A DNA stretch of 64,000 bases, from NCBI GenBank assembly GCA_951406725.2, contig OX597814.1, positions 102,176,001 to 102,240,000 on the forward strand, given 5' to 3'. This document shows, piece after piece, positions 38,329 to 50,454 of the stretch (positions within the stretch are counted from its first letter, which is position 1; each line of letters begins with the position of its first letter). Origin of the DNA: Octopus vulgaris. Lineage: Eukaryota. Below the pieces are notes generated by a model. The model worked only from the letters and a program-made list of their open reading frames with translations, searched no databases and had not been told where the DNA came from. A program made the position numbers and the translations under genes.

Positions 38329-39597
38329 TCTTTATTATATAAAACAGAGTTTGTGTGTGTGTTCGTTATGGATTTGAAAACTGAATTGCCGATTTGGATG
38401 TATGATGTATCAAAAGACTCAGTAATCTTTCAGTGACCAAATAAAATATGTATGTTTTTTGCACAACTCTTTTTTTTACTACAAAAATAACCTTGAAAAT
38501 AAGGTCGCGTCACACAATTTTGAGGGATTTAGCTAAGAGAAGCAACTCTGCCTGAACAATCTTTATGAGGAAATGTTTAAAATACATGGAGTTTTACCAG
38601 GAAATGAAACTTTGAAGATACACCCTCAACTTTATGAGTATTATTTAGCAGATAATCTTTTAATGTGAAGTATGTTTATTGGTGTTTTGTTTAGCCCAGA
38701 GTTGCCTCTGATGTAGCACACCCTTCACATTCCTGAAATAGTGTAAATCTGTATCTTTCTTTTCATGTGTTTTAAGAGAGATTTGGCTGCTATTTGTAGT
38801 AGCTCAAGTTACACAGAGACACCTCTGTCTCTGTGTGGATGTGTGTTTTCTGGTGGTGAAAAAAGTACTTTTTCTCAGAATATTTCACACAATAATTTTT
38901 TAAGAAATCTGAACATCTTTCTTACTGCTAACCATTCAACTTCAAATTACAATTATTAATTGTTGGAAGTCAAGTACACTGAGATGTACATGATATAGAG
39001 TGGAAGTTCAATATGAAGTTTTGAACTCATTATCTTCTGGTTAGTAATCCATTCCCTTAAATTTGAAGCCATTAAGTCTTTAAACATTATTTTACTGGAT
39101 TTAGTCTTCTGACTGTCGCCATGACAGGGTATCACCATCAAAAATTTAATTGATCATACTGACTTCAGTACATATTTCAATCAGGCATTTATTTTATAGA
39201 TCTATGCTTGATAAGCTCCTAACTTTGAGATATAGTGGGACAAATACTCAATTTAACAACAAATGTAAACACACACACACACATACTGGGTGCAAGAATG
39301 ATAGTGTGGTTGAAAAGTTTGCTTCCCAACCACATGGTTTCATGTTCAGTCCCTCTGCATGGTACCTCAGGCAAGTGTTTTCTTACTATAGCCCTAGGCC
39401 AACCACAGTCTTGTGACTGAATTTGGTAGATGGAAACTGCAGCATTGATCATCAGAAAATGACCGAAAAACCTGTTTATAAAGAAGAGTTGTTTGCTTCA
39501 TACTCCTCATGTGCTGATTTTGCCCATAATAAAGGAACAACTAATACAATGTGGCTGCAGGTCATAACACCTGGGCAATGCCAGGGTGCATTGCTAA
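38329..39597 (+). mobile_element. Probable non-autonomous Helitron containing a SINE fragment
   Basis: A|TCTTTATTATATAAAAC start like the 17038 element; hairpin CCTGG..CCAGG followed by degenerate CTAA end. Confidence 0.5.
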
Positions 39598-39614
39598 CAT
39601 ATATATATATATAT

Positions 39615-39770
39615 ACTGGAGTAAGCACATAAATGTGAAACAAGGTGGAAAAAAGAGTACTCAAATACCAGAGGTAGAGTAATATGCTTTAACAAAACTG
39701 TCCAACGAACAGGAATGTGAAACTCTGAGTAACCGCTTTTGTTATATTTCTGCTACTTTTAGATAAAGTA
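39615..39770. mobile_element. Degraded Penelope-like remnant inside (TA)n
   Basis: Shares a tactcaa..agagtaa segment with the 45081 element and has the hammerhead 3' half GAAACTCTGAGTA; flanked by (TA)n. Confidence 0.35.
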
Positions 39771-40387
39771 TATATATATATATATATATGTCATCATTTA
39801 ATGTCCGTTTTTCAAAGATGGCATGGGTTCGACAGTTTGACAGGAGCTGGCTACACAGAAGACTGCACCAAGCTTCACTGTCTGTTTGGCAGGGGTTTTA
39901 TGGCTGTATGCCCTTTTCTGTCTCTGAAATCCACTCACAAACCTCAGGTCAACCCAATACTACAGTAGAAGACACATGCACAAGGTACCATAGAGTAGGC
40001 CTAAACCAAAGACCACGTGATTTGAAATTAAGCCTCTCAACGACACAACCACACATTATGCCTATCTACTGATAAAAATAAAAAAGACACAGGTATTTCT
40101 AATAAGTAAATATGACTTGGTAGAATGTATATTGCTTTCACTAACTGATTTAGGCGCTATGTTGTCATGAGCAAACACAGATACCATCTTAGCACTCCTT
40201 CCTTGATTTAGTCTAACATTGAAAATATGACAATTTCAGGTACTGCACCAGCACCAGGCTGGTACTTATTTTCAGCCAAGTAGACCGGAACAATGTAAAA
40301 TGATGTACCTTGCTCAAGGACCCATCACTTACCCAATACCCAAACTACTAGGGTACAGCACTAAGTCACCACATGTACACGCACCTA

Positions 40388-40529
40388 CAATTGTGGCCAA
40401 AAGTTTGGAACACAGGTCTGAAAATTAGAATTTTTATTTTAAATGCCCAAAGTTATATTTGAATTGAACTGTGCATGAACACAACAATTTTAATTTTTAA
40501 AAAAATGCTCCAAACTTTTGGCCATGACT
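40388..40529. mobile_element. Tc1-like MITE
   Basis: TA-CAATTGTGGCCAAAAGTTTGGA...TCCAAACTTTTGGCCA inverted ends. Confidence 0.7.
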
Positions 40530-40551
40530 AGATTCTTTGTTCCTGATTTAA

Positions 40552-40771
40552 CCCTTTGGTGTTCAGATTATTCAGTTAAATGTAATGCTTTTTCACACAA
40601 ATTGTTTTGAATTAATCATACATTATCTCATAGCTTTGAAATCTCAATGATGTGAATATTTATTTTTAGAATGTCAATGTAGGTTAAGTGTGAGAGGCTA
40701 GATATGGCTAGTTCAAATATAAAACATGTAGAATATTTGGGCCAGATGTGGCCGGTTTAAACACTAAAGGG
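40552..40771 (+). mobile_element. piggyBac-derived MITE (related copies near 5901-6110 and 33626-33845)
   Basis: CCCTTT..AAAGGG ends with TTAA flanks; ends match the 8358-10364 element. Confidence 0.8.
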
Positions 40772-42348
40772 TTAAGGATTCTCATCATCTCACTTGGTTC
40801 ACTTATATACTCTTAAAAAATTGGGGTAGTGAAATCTGGAATGCCTTTGATCAAAAGTCTATTCAACTAGGGTTGACCTGGAGCTAAACAACAACTATTG
40901 CTAACAATTTAAACTAACAACAGACTTAACGAAGTAATGAAGGCCTTCACAACAGGGCCAGTTGAAGGTAGCAGCTACCAGGACTTCACATGCTTCAGGC
41001 TCCACATCATTTTAACATCCACTTTTCCATGCTTAGGGAAGATTTTCTATGGCTGGGTACCCTATTAATACCAACCCTTACTTGTATCCAAGCAAGATTA
41101 TTATTTTCCCATAGTCATGCTTCATAGAATACTGAAAATGAATGGCACTGCATGAGAATGACAATCATTTACAATTATCATACAATATCAAGACAAGGAA
41201 ACACACACATACATACAACCTTCACCCTACCCCACATTATATGTAAATATATCATCATCCTTTAACGCCCATTTTTCATACTGGTATGGATTGGACGGTT
41301 TGACCAGAGCTGGCAAGCTGGAGAGCTGTACCAAGTCCCAGTCTGATCTGGTTTGTTTTCTGCAACTGGATGCCCTTCCTAACGCCAACCACTTTACAGT
41401 GTACTGGGTGCTTTTAATGTGGCATTGACACAAGAGCTTTTTACGTGGAACCAGCACAGGACTCAGTAGGCCAATCCTCTTCATCGTTTGACGCTACCTA
41501 CGTATGGTGAAGGTGCGTGGTTCAGTGGTTAGAGCGTCGGGCTCACAATCACGAGGTAGTGAGTTTGATTTCCCAACAGGGTTGTGTGTTGTGTTCTTGA
41601 GCAAGACACTTTATTTCACGTTGCACCAGTTCACTCAGCTGTAGAAACGAGTTGCGTCGTCACTGGTATAGCTGTATAGGCCTTTGCCTTTCCCTCGGAT
41701 AAGATCAGAGGCATGGAGAGGGGAGACTGATATTTATGGGTGACTGCTGGTCTTCTGTAGTAACCTTGCCTGAACTTGTGCCTCGGAGGGGAACTTTCTG
41801 GGTGCAACCCCATGACCATTCATGACCGAAGCGGGTCGTTGCCGTTTAGGTATGCCAAACAGCTGATTAAGGTTACACAACTTCGAGGATATTTGTTGAA
41901 TGCAATCTGGCATATCTGACTAACTACAGATCGAAAAAAGAATCAGCACAAAAAAAGTAGTTAGAAAATTAATATACTATTAATATATAGCGTAATTTGT
42001 TGCCATGAAGTTATATATCTGTAGTAATATAAAATATGTAAATATATTTGAGTAGCTAGAACTAAGTATAGTTCAGAATATTTCCGCCGACTCCAATTTA
42101 AAAAGGCTACCTAACTAGAGTTGAAATTGCGGGAAATAAATAAACTTCGAAACCAGAAGTTCATTTAAACTTGGTAAAGAAATAACCAGGGGAAAATAAG
42201 TTTAAAAAGTGTTATACATATCTTTGTTCAAGTTAACTTTCAAACTTATACCTTACTAAATACTAGACAAAAATTTACCCAAAATAAAATAAAAGGTATT
42301 CGAAAGTGATTAATATTTACATAAAAGAAACGTCCATAAATCGATTAC

Positions 42349-42489
42349 CTGAAACTTTCTTTCAGAAATTTCGACTGGAGTTCGCAACTTTTTGCAGTCA
42401 ACCATTGTCGTGTACGCTCCGTTCAAAAAGTTTAATGAACGGAATTCCATAAAGGCGGGCTTAACAAAATTAAGCACATGAGAACGCAT
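42349..42489 (-). CDS. FPGS: FPGS coding exon 1 (MRSHVLNFVKPAFMEFRSLNFLNGAYTTMVDCKKLRTPVEISERKFQ), putative mitochondrial leader plus internal ATGs
   Basis: 141-nt open frame from ATG 42489 ending CAG|gtaatc, phase 0, joins in frame to the exon at 33520. CpG-richer surroundings. Little recognisable homology, so the assignment rests on splice and phase logic. Confidence 0.7.
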
Positions 42490-42661
42490 GCTTATTCACA
42501 GTTAATTAGCATATAAATTTATTACACTTATCTGGCGGTTTTCACAAATGTTGTTTTATGTACTTTATAACAATGTTCATAGTAATTACTTTGAACAATA
42601 ATTTATTTATAATTACATATATATATAATATTTCGTTCAAAATTTCAAGTTATTTATAATT

Positions 42662-42679
42662 TTTGGCGCTAGCGCCAAA
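42662..42679. promoter_or_regulatory. Perfect 18-bp palindrome TTTGGCGCTAGCGCCAAA = inverted pair of E2F-type sites upstream of FPGS
   Basis: Each half matches the E2F consensus TTTSSCGC; about 170 bp upstream of the first FPGS ATG in AT-rich context. Confidence 0.55.
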
Positions 42680-43004
42680 TTTTAGCATATGTTGTGGTCG
42701 ATTTATGATATGCCTTTCCTTGACTATGTTTCCCTTCCTTGTATTTGTAAACGACAAAATGGGAGGGAACACCTATATCTATCAAAATATCCCTATTTCA
42801 GTCAATGACGTCTTTTCATATAATGATTATTAAATTAATTAAATATTAATCATATTGTCGATTGGAACACCTTGAAATACGTAATAATTTAGAGTTATTT
42901 CCCTTAATGCTTTCTCCGCAAATGTAAACAAAGTTTGTGATAAAAGTTCTTTTTACTTCGTCTGCATTAAATTTTAACTACTGATTATTATCAGTGTTTC
43001 ATTA

Positions 43005-43223
43005 ACCTCTTTACTCTTTTTACTCTTTTACTTGTTTCAGTCATTTGACTGCGGCCATGCTGGAGCACCGCCTTTAGTCGAGCAAATCGACCCCGGGTCT
43101 TATTCTTTGTAAGCCCAGTACTTATTCTATCGGTATCTTTTGACGAACCGCTAAGAGACGGGGATGTAAACACACCAGCATCGGTTGTCAAGCAATGCTA
43201 GGGGGACAAACACAGACACACAA

Positions 43224-43277
<54 letters not shown>

Positions 43278-43470
43278 GGCGAATTCGCCATATATATACA
43301 TATATATGACAGGCTTCTTTCAGTTTCCGTCTACCAAATCCACTCACAAGGCATTGGTCGGTCCGGGGCTATAGCAGAAGACACTTGCCCAAGATGCCAC
43401 GCAGTGGGACTGAACCTGGAACCATGTGGTTGGTTAGCAAGCTACTTACCACACAGCTACTCCTGCGCCT
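43005..43470 (-). mobile_element. Full-length copy of the dominant SINE, upstream of FPGS
   Basis: Near-identical reverse complement of 37834-38258. Confidence 0.9.
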
Positions 43471-43845
43471 AGTAACAAGAGTAGCATAACTTTGTTTTTT
43501 TCACCTTTTACTTGTTTCAGTCATTAGACTGTGGCCATGCCGGGGCACCGCCTTGAAGAATTTTTGGAAATTAAGGAAATGGAGATGGGGGTAGTAATTT
43601 AAAAATGCCGATTTTTGCCTATTTTTTTGCCGATTCGTATTCCTCGTAGCCGAAAAGGGGTGTTTGTGTCGAAAAAACATTTTTTAAGGGTGGTTTGTTG
43701 GGAGAACGGGCGGAAGTTTTGCCAAGCTCGGACTCTACATACTAGAAATAATAGCCAAATCTCTTGAAAATATTTTATAAGCCCACGGTTATATTTTGGT
43801 AAATTTTGATATTAACTCCCGCACGATTTTCCCAAAGAAAAAAAT

Positions 43846-44072
43846 ATTACGGAAGACTACCAAGAGTAACGTGGAGCAGAAATCTGTAGTTATGCCCCCG
43901 AGTTTTGGTATTACATATTACTGGAAAGCTACAGAGGGGCCCGGGGCAAAATAGGTTGGGAAACACTAGATTAAATGGTATACTTCGATCAAGTACTCTA
44001 TCCCAGTCTTGGAGCTCCCGGTTGAAGTACAACTATTTCATCTCCACGTGACTCTTGGTAGTCTTCCGTAAT
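43846..44072. mobile_element. Inverted-repeat (MITE-like) element
   Basis: ATTACGGAAGACTACCAAGAGT.ACGTGGAG inverted at both ends. Confidence 0.6.
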
Positions 44073-44164
44073 TTTTTTTTTTTTCTTAGTAAAAATCGGG
44101 CAGGTGTTTATATCAAAATTTACCGACGTTTCTCCGTGGGGCTTTTGTCCTAGGGGGCTGTTCT

Positions 44165-44202
<38 letters not shown>

Positions 44203-45029
44203 ACATACATACATACATACATACATACGCACACACACGCATACTTGCATATGTATGCATAGAATTACTTGGCTATTAAGCGACAAAATGTACAAATTCT
44301 GGCTGCGCATAAACGGGAACACAGGCCAAGTCAGGGTAAAACCGGACGTATAGTAACAAAGCTTTCAATATTAAACGATTTTTTTTCTGTTTATATTCAT
44401 TTTAACTGAACAACAAATCCGCTTCTTTAATTACTATTTTTTCCATTACTAATCTTTGTCTATATTAGTTATATCATGTTTATTTCAGTTAAGTGTTGTT
44501 AACTTGTTTATAAACAAGTCCAGTCAATTTTTTCTTCTCAGACTACTTGGCTGGTCACAAACACTCAAGAATCATCAAAACGTCAAGATGTTGGCTAATG
44601 ATAGCCGTCTAATTGTTGGCGCTTTTTCCCTAAAACTGTTAGTATCTGAAATGAAATTATTCCAGCTAATGAATCGAAATTACGAAGCGCACTCGACTTA
44701 CTGGGAAGTTGCTACTATATTAACGGTCGTCTCAACCAATTATTGCAATCTTTTAACCACACACACACACACTTTAAATTAATGTAGGCAGCTGCGCGCA
44801 ATATAAACCGTATAGGTAAAATTTACTCGTCACTAATTGTGACTGTATCTGCTAGAAGCACACATATTGCTAGAAATAGGTGTTAAACTACTTTATAGCT
44901 GCGTAATACCACATTTATACACACTGACTGGGTAGATAACTGCCCCATGAGCGAAGAAAAGCTAGAACACTGGACTGCACAGTTTCAACCTATTGTATAT
45001 GTGTATGCATATGTGTATGTGTGTGTATG

Positions 45030-45080
<51 letters not shown>

Positions 45081-45083
<3 letters not shown>

Positions 45084-45272
45084 GGTCCCGGGTTGATTCG
45101 GGGTTAACCACAGTAAATAAGGTACTCAATACATAGCAGAGTAAAATTAATTTATTATATAGAAGGAGTTCTACAGGACTAGAACTGTTTCATTCAAGAG
45201 AAATCTTCAGGAAGATTTCTCTTGAATGAAACAGTTCTAGTCCTGTAGAAGCTCCTTCTATATAATAAATTA

Positions 45273-45275
<3 letters not shown>
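45081..45275. mobile_element. Palindromic Penelope-like remnant inside (TA)n
   Basis: Near-perfect arms of about 65 bp centred near 45210. The minus strand reads CTGAAGA-TTTCTCTTGAAT-GAAAC...GTC-CTG. Confidence 0.6.
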
Positions 45276-45305
<30 letters not shown>

Positions 45306-46405
45306 CACACACACATATATATGTGTGTGTGTGTGGCATTCTTACGTTATGAGTACCATGTGAGTAAAATTACGTAACGGTATATTAAAAAATATGTTGC
45401 AGCTCTTCAATGTAAAAAAGTATCAAACATTTCATAGGATTATTTTGAAGTTTTTCGTTGCGTAATTGTTTAGTCCGTCCGTCCATCTGGCACTAAATAT
45501 TAAGTAGACACATCACTAAACTGATATTACAGTTGCTATGATTTCGAATTCTTATCATGAAATTATATCATAAAAATGAAGTCTGCAAACTTTATTGAAC
45601 GCTGTTTTAAGGTGGGAAGCGAACATATGTAGATATGCTCAATACAAGGACAGATTGACAAAAACATTAGAGTAATAACTCGCTTTCGCACACACACTAC
45701 GCAACCTGACGACTAAGACAGAACGAGGAAAAGTAAAGACACCGTTACTAACAGATCCTTACACACGGACACAAGACACGCATACACACCCTAATGACAG
45801 AATGAGAAAAAAAAAGATGTGGGTACAAACAGTGTAATATAGAAAGCCATATACACGCACACGGGACACTCATACTAAACATATGGATACATACACACAC
45901 ATACACTCAGATACAGACGTGAATGCATACGCAAATAGAGATACATACTACAGGACAAAATGAAATAGGCAGGACAAGAGGAGACACATGGGACAGAGAA
46001 TAGCTGAAGAGGTCACAGATGTGTGAAAGACCAAATAAATAGCAAGTGTGTTTAATTGGCAAAAAATGACCGTCCTAAAATATATCACTATCTGTTTCAA
46101 CACACATTTTCACATCAAGTATTTTGCAAAACAAATACCTAAACGTAACAAAGGTCTTGTCATATTTCATTTGGTTAAATCATATAAAAATCTTGATTGA
46201 ATGACAATATTTTTTTAACTTAGACGTGACTGTGTGGTAAGAAGCTTACTTCCCAAAGACATGATTCGGGGTTCAGACCCACTGCATGATACCTTGGACA
46301 AATATCTTCTACTATAACCTCGAATCGACAAAAGCCGTGTTGATTCGAGGTTATAGAGAGAAGCCCGTTGTGTATGTGTGTGTACATATTATATATATAT
46401 ATATG

Positions 46406-46503
46406 GGCATTCTTACGTTATGGGTACCATTTATGTCAAACTGAACGTAAGAATACCTAGTGATCCAGTTTGACGTAAATGGTACTCATAACGTAAGAAT
46501 GCC
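46406..46503. mobile_element. Small MITE with TIR GGCATTCTTACGTTATGRGTACCAT; a solo TIR also lies near 45335-45360
   Basis: About 38-bp inverted arms seen directly. Confidence 0.65.
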
Positions 46504-46800
46504 TAATTGTTTATACTTAAACACTTTAAAAACAGCTATTTTAGTAAAACTAGAATTTGAGACCCAACATATCTCGGGATCCATACACAAAATCTTTGAG
46601 TCACATACAGCCCGCGAGTGGCAGTTTAGCAACCGATGGTTTAACTTTCAACATCCTACTGTATAATCTGGCAGTATAATTGTAATATATAACCAGTAAA
46701 TCCTGGTTATATATTACAATCAAAGAAACTAATTTCTAGTCATAGTCCTAAATAGAAAGGCGTTTTATAGTGTTATCCACGATAGTCTTGACTCAACGTA

Positions 46801-47060
46801 ATAATAAATAAATGCGCCCTTTTAAAGCCTAGCTAGGCTCATGGGCCCGGTTTCCCGGTTTCTATGGCGTATGTGTTCCCCAGCTGGACGGGACGCCAGT
46901 CCATCGCAGCATTACTTATTTTTGTCAGCTGAGTGGACTGGAGCAACGAGAAATGGTGTTTTTTGCTCAAGAACACAACGCGTCGCCCGGTCTAGGAATC
47001 GAAACCACAATCTAACGATCATGATGCTGACACCCTAACTACTAAGCCACGCGCCTCCAC
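46801..47060 (-). mobile_element. tRNA-derived SINE inserted in a Gypsy 3' LTR (related heads at 34380-34622, 41508-41850)
   Basis: A box TGGCTTAGTAG, B box GTTTCGATTCC, (TTA)n tail, 13-bp TSD TTGACTCAACGTA (46788-46800, 47061-47073). Confidence 0.9.
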
Positions 47061-49853
47061 TTGACTCAACGTACGTTATTCCAAATAGCTGTTCTCTCTC
47101 TTCCTTCCCTGTCAAATGTGCATGCTCTCTGTATCAAGGGAAGTCACTCGAATCCTAGCACAATTTGCATAACAGTTACAAATCGCTATTATAAATTGAG
47201 CAACGTATAATTTGCATAACATTCACTCCCTCCTAGAAAGAGAAAGAAAGAAAAAAATCATAGATCAAGCCTTTCCGGGGCTTTCCGAATCCTTTGAGAT
47301 CGACGCAGCTGAGGGGATTCTTCTTTTTGTTCTTGACGGTTATCTCTTGGAGGCAAAGAAATTTCAGTTAGCTCTCTGTCTGGCTCTTGAGGGACAAATG
47401 TTTGGGTTAAGTTATCAGTTGGGTTAATCTTTCCTGGTGATGCCAATTGTTTTGTGGCTATTGTGGTTTCGCGACCGTCTGGGTAACGGACGTGAGCATA
47501 TTGGGGGTTGACTTCGATTAAATCAACTTAGTCCATGATAGGGTCATACTTGTTAATGCGATTGTTCCTTTGAACAAGCACAGGTCCTGGGTTAAGAAGC
47601 CATGTCGGCATAGATGTTCCTGTTGCTGAATGTCTTTGACAGTTAAAAAGACGTTCATGAGGAGTGGCATTTGTGGACGTACAAAATAGAGATCTGATTG
47701 AATGTAACGCATCTGAAAGAACTGTTTCTAATGAAGATACTGGAAGGGCACTGGTTTTCAAAGAGCGTAGTACTGATTTCCAAATGATACCATTATATCT
47801 TTCTACTTGATTGTGCCCGAAGGGATTGTATGGCCTTACTGATGGGGCCATTCTCTCAAACTTGTAGACATAAAGGCAGTTCCACGATCGGAATGTACAT
47901 AACTGGGCATGCTAAAGACTGAGAACAAGTCTGTAAGACACTTTATTACAATCTGAGCTGATGTGTCAGATACTGGATAACCAAACGGAAACCGAGAGTA
48001 TTTGTCAATGATTGTTAGGAGATAAGGATGCTTCGTGGAAGGAATAGGACCTTTGAAATCGATGGAAATTCGCTCAAAAGGCTGTGTGGCCTTAATTAAG
48101 TTGAGTTTGGTTTATAATATTGTGGTTTCACCTCTTGACATATAGAGCAATTCCTATATATTTGTTTCACGTTCTCTAACGAATATGGAAGATTTCTACT
48201 GCGGACGGAATGATGAAGGTGTACTACATCAGATGGCACAGTGCTGCATGTAACTCATAACGTGAATGTGAACTGATTGCTGAATAGCGTACCCTCGTGA
48301 ATGCATCCGGAGCGATGTTGCTGGATCCTGAGCGATAGTGAATATCATGAGTATGGAGATAATGCATCTCATAATTTTATCATTTTTAATTTTGCTCCTC
48401 ACTTAATAATTATACATGAATGCAACAGAACGTTGATGAGTAGTTAATATAAAATGTCTACCTAGAAGAAAGTGACTCCAATGATAAATTGATTCAATAA
48501 TTGCTTGGGCTTACTTTTCAACTGAGGAGTGGTACTGTTCGCTACCTTGTAGCATGCGAGAATGGAGTGCGATTCGTCTTCTATTTTGATTTAGTGTCGC
48601 AGATATAGCAAAATCTGAAGCATCTGTCTCAACAGTAAATGGAATGTTCTCATCTATTACTTGAATGGCAGCATTGGCTAGTTCTACCTTTAATGACTCA
48701 AATGCTTTTACTTGTTGGCTGTTTAGAGGAAATTTTAGTATGTTATTGAGAGGAAATATTTTTTCAGAAAATTTTGGAGATCCACTTAACATAATAAGAA
48801 AACATACCATTTGTTTTAATGATTTCTGGTCAGTTGGTATAGAAAGACTGAGGAGTGGAGCAAACCTTTCTGGGTCAGAGCTGAAGATATTGTGTGAGAT
48901 ACGGTATCCAAGAAAGTCAAGAGTTGTTGATGAGTAAATGCATTTGCCTTCATTCATGATGAGTCCCACACTTTTTACTGCCGTTTCAAATTTTGATAAA
49001 TTTTCATCGTGGTCATTTTGATCTTTCCCACATATGGTTAAATTGACTATCAATGGGAACGTATCTCACGAAATCGTCCATTATACGTTGGAAACATGCA
49101 CTGCCGTTAGTTACTCCAAATGGCATCATAGTATAATGCCATAACTTACCATCAGCTTCAAAGACAGTGAGTTGATGGTCTTTCTCTGATAGAGGAATCT
49201 AATGGTATGCTGAACGTAAGTCTATAGTAATGTAGACTTTATACTTGGCCATAGTGTTCACTAACTCATCAATTTTAGGAAGAGGGTAGGCCACAAGCTG
49301 TGTATATTTGTTAATCGTCTCTGAGTAATCAATCACCATTCTTCACTTTTTTTTTCTTTTTTTTTTTTTTTTGAACAAGTAGCACTTGCGATCTCCAAGT
49401 TACTAATAATGTTCGCATCTACTAAGCGGCGTACTTCTGCCCTGATGAACTTTCGATCACGTTCCGAGTATTTTCGCGATTTGACTGCAATAGGTTTACA
49501 GTCAGCCTTTTCACAAATTTCCTTCTCTATTGACTGATCAGCAACTTTTTCTAATTGTTTATTTTTCAGGAATTGGTTTCTTTGATTGTACACGTCCAGC
49601 TCAACACTCATTGCAACAAAGTCACAGTCTTTCGCTAATATTTGGAGTTCGTGTAAGAACTAGTCTAGAGATTCCCCTGGTTTCTGTTTTCATGTGGCTA
49701 AAAGATGGCGTGCCATTACGATGTTCTTTGGTTTAATGTACACACTTTTTAGTGTATTCACAGCTTGTTCGTAGTTCTTAGCTTCACTGATGAATTTGTA
49801 TACGTTCAGTTCCACATAATTAATCAAAAGATTGAGTTTATCGATAATCCTAC

Positions 49854-50454
49854 TGAAACGAACTTAGTGTGAAGGTCTTATCTTGTACTTTCGGGGTACA
49901 AGAAAGCAACCACTCACTAGCCGTTGCTTTAATAATCCAGAATTCTACTAGTCGGAAACAACAAGACGCAGACGTAAAATATACATATAACTACTTTATT
50001 CTCTTTCTTGGTAAACAATAACAATAAGTGTGTTATCTGATGTCCTTGATTCTGGGCGCGCAAGGCTGAAAGTTAATAGATTGCAATATTTACAATCTTC
50101 AGCCCAAAAACAGAAAGGGGTCAAGATGGCGTCGAACAGGGAAGTTGAATGTGGTCGGCAACAATTTGGTTAAAGCCCTTTTGGTAAAGGACTGCTAGAA
50201 TCAGTTCGAACGGAGAGAATATATGCGTGACCGTCGCCGTCAATCGCTGGGTCCCAAGTCGCCCCTTGCTGCTGCTAGTGGTCAAACGTTCTACGGCCCC
50301 CTTGCCTCGCTAACTGCTACGTAGGCAATAGGGTTCTTCTTCCGGTGCTTCGCGCATGCGCGAGAGGGCCCTTCCTCTCACTTGGTGAAGGCACCAACAC
50401 GCGCGAAATACAAATGGACAGTGCGCGAGCGCGCGCCGTTGTAGGATCACTACA
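49854..50454 (-). mobile_element. Solo LTR nested in the Gypsy gag
   Basis: TG...CA ends with 4-bp TSD CTAC (49850-49853 and 50455-50458); gag reading resumes across the insertion; AATAAA on the minus strand near 49995. Confidence 0.8.

Noticed and set aside
37611-38436. Overlapping 159-177 aa ORFs
   Set aside because: They are SINE and microsatellite sequence repeated many times in the window.
38956-39141. Alternative FPGS exon or captured gene fragment
   Set aside because: No recognisable homology or convincing splice pair; it lies within a probable Helitron.
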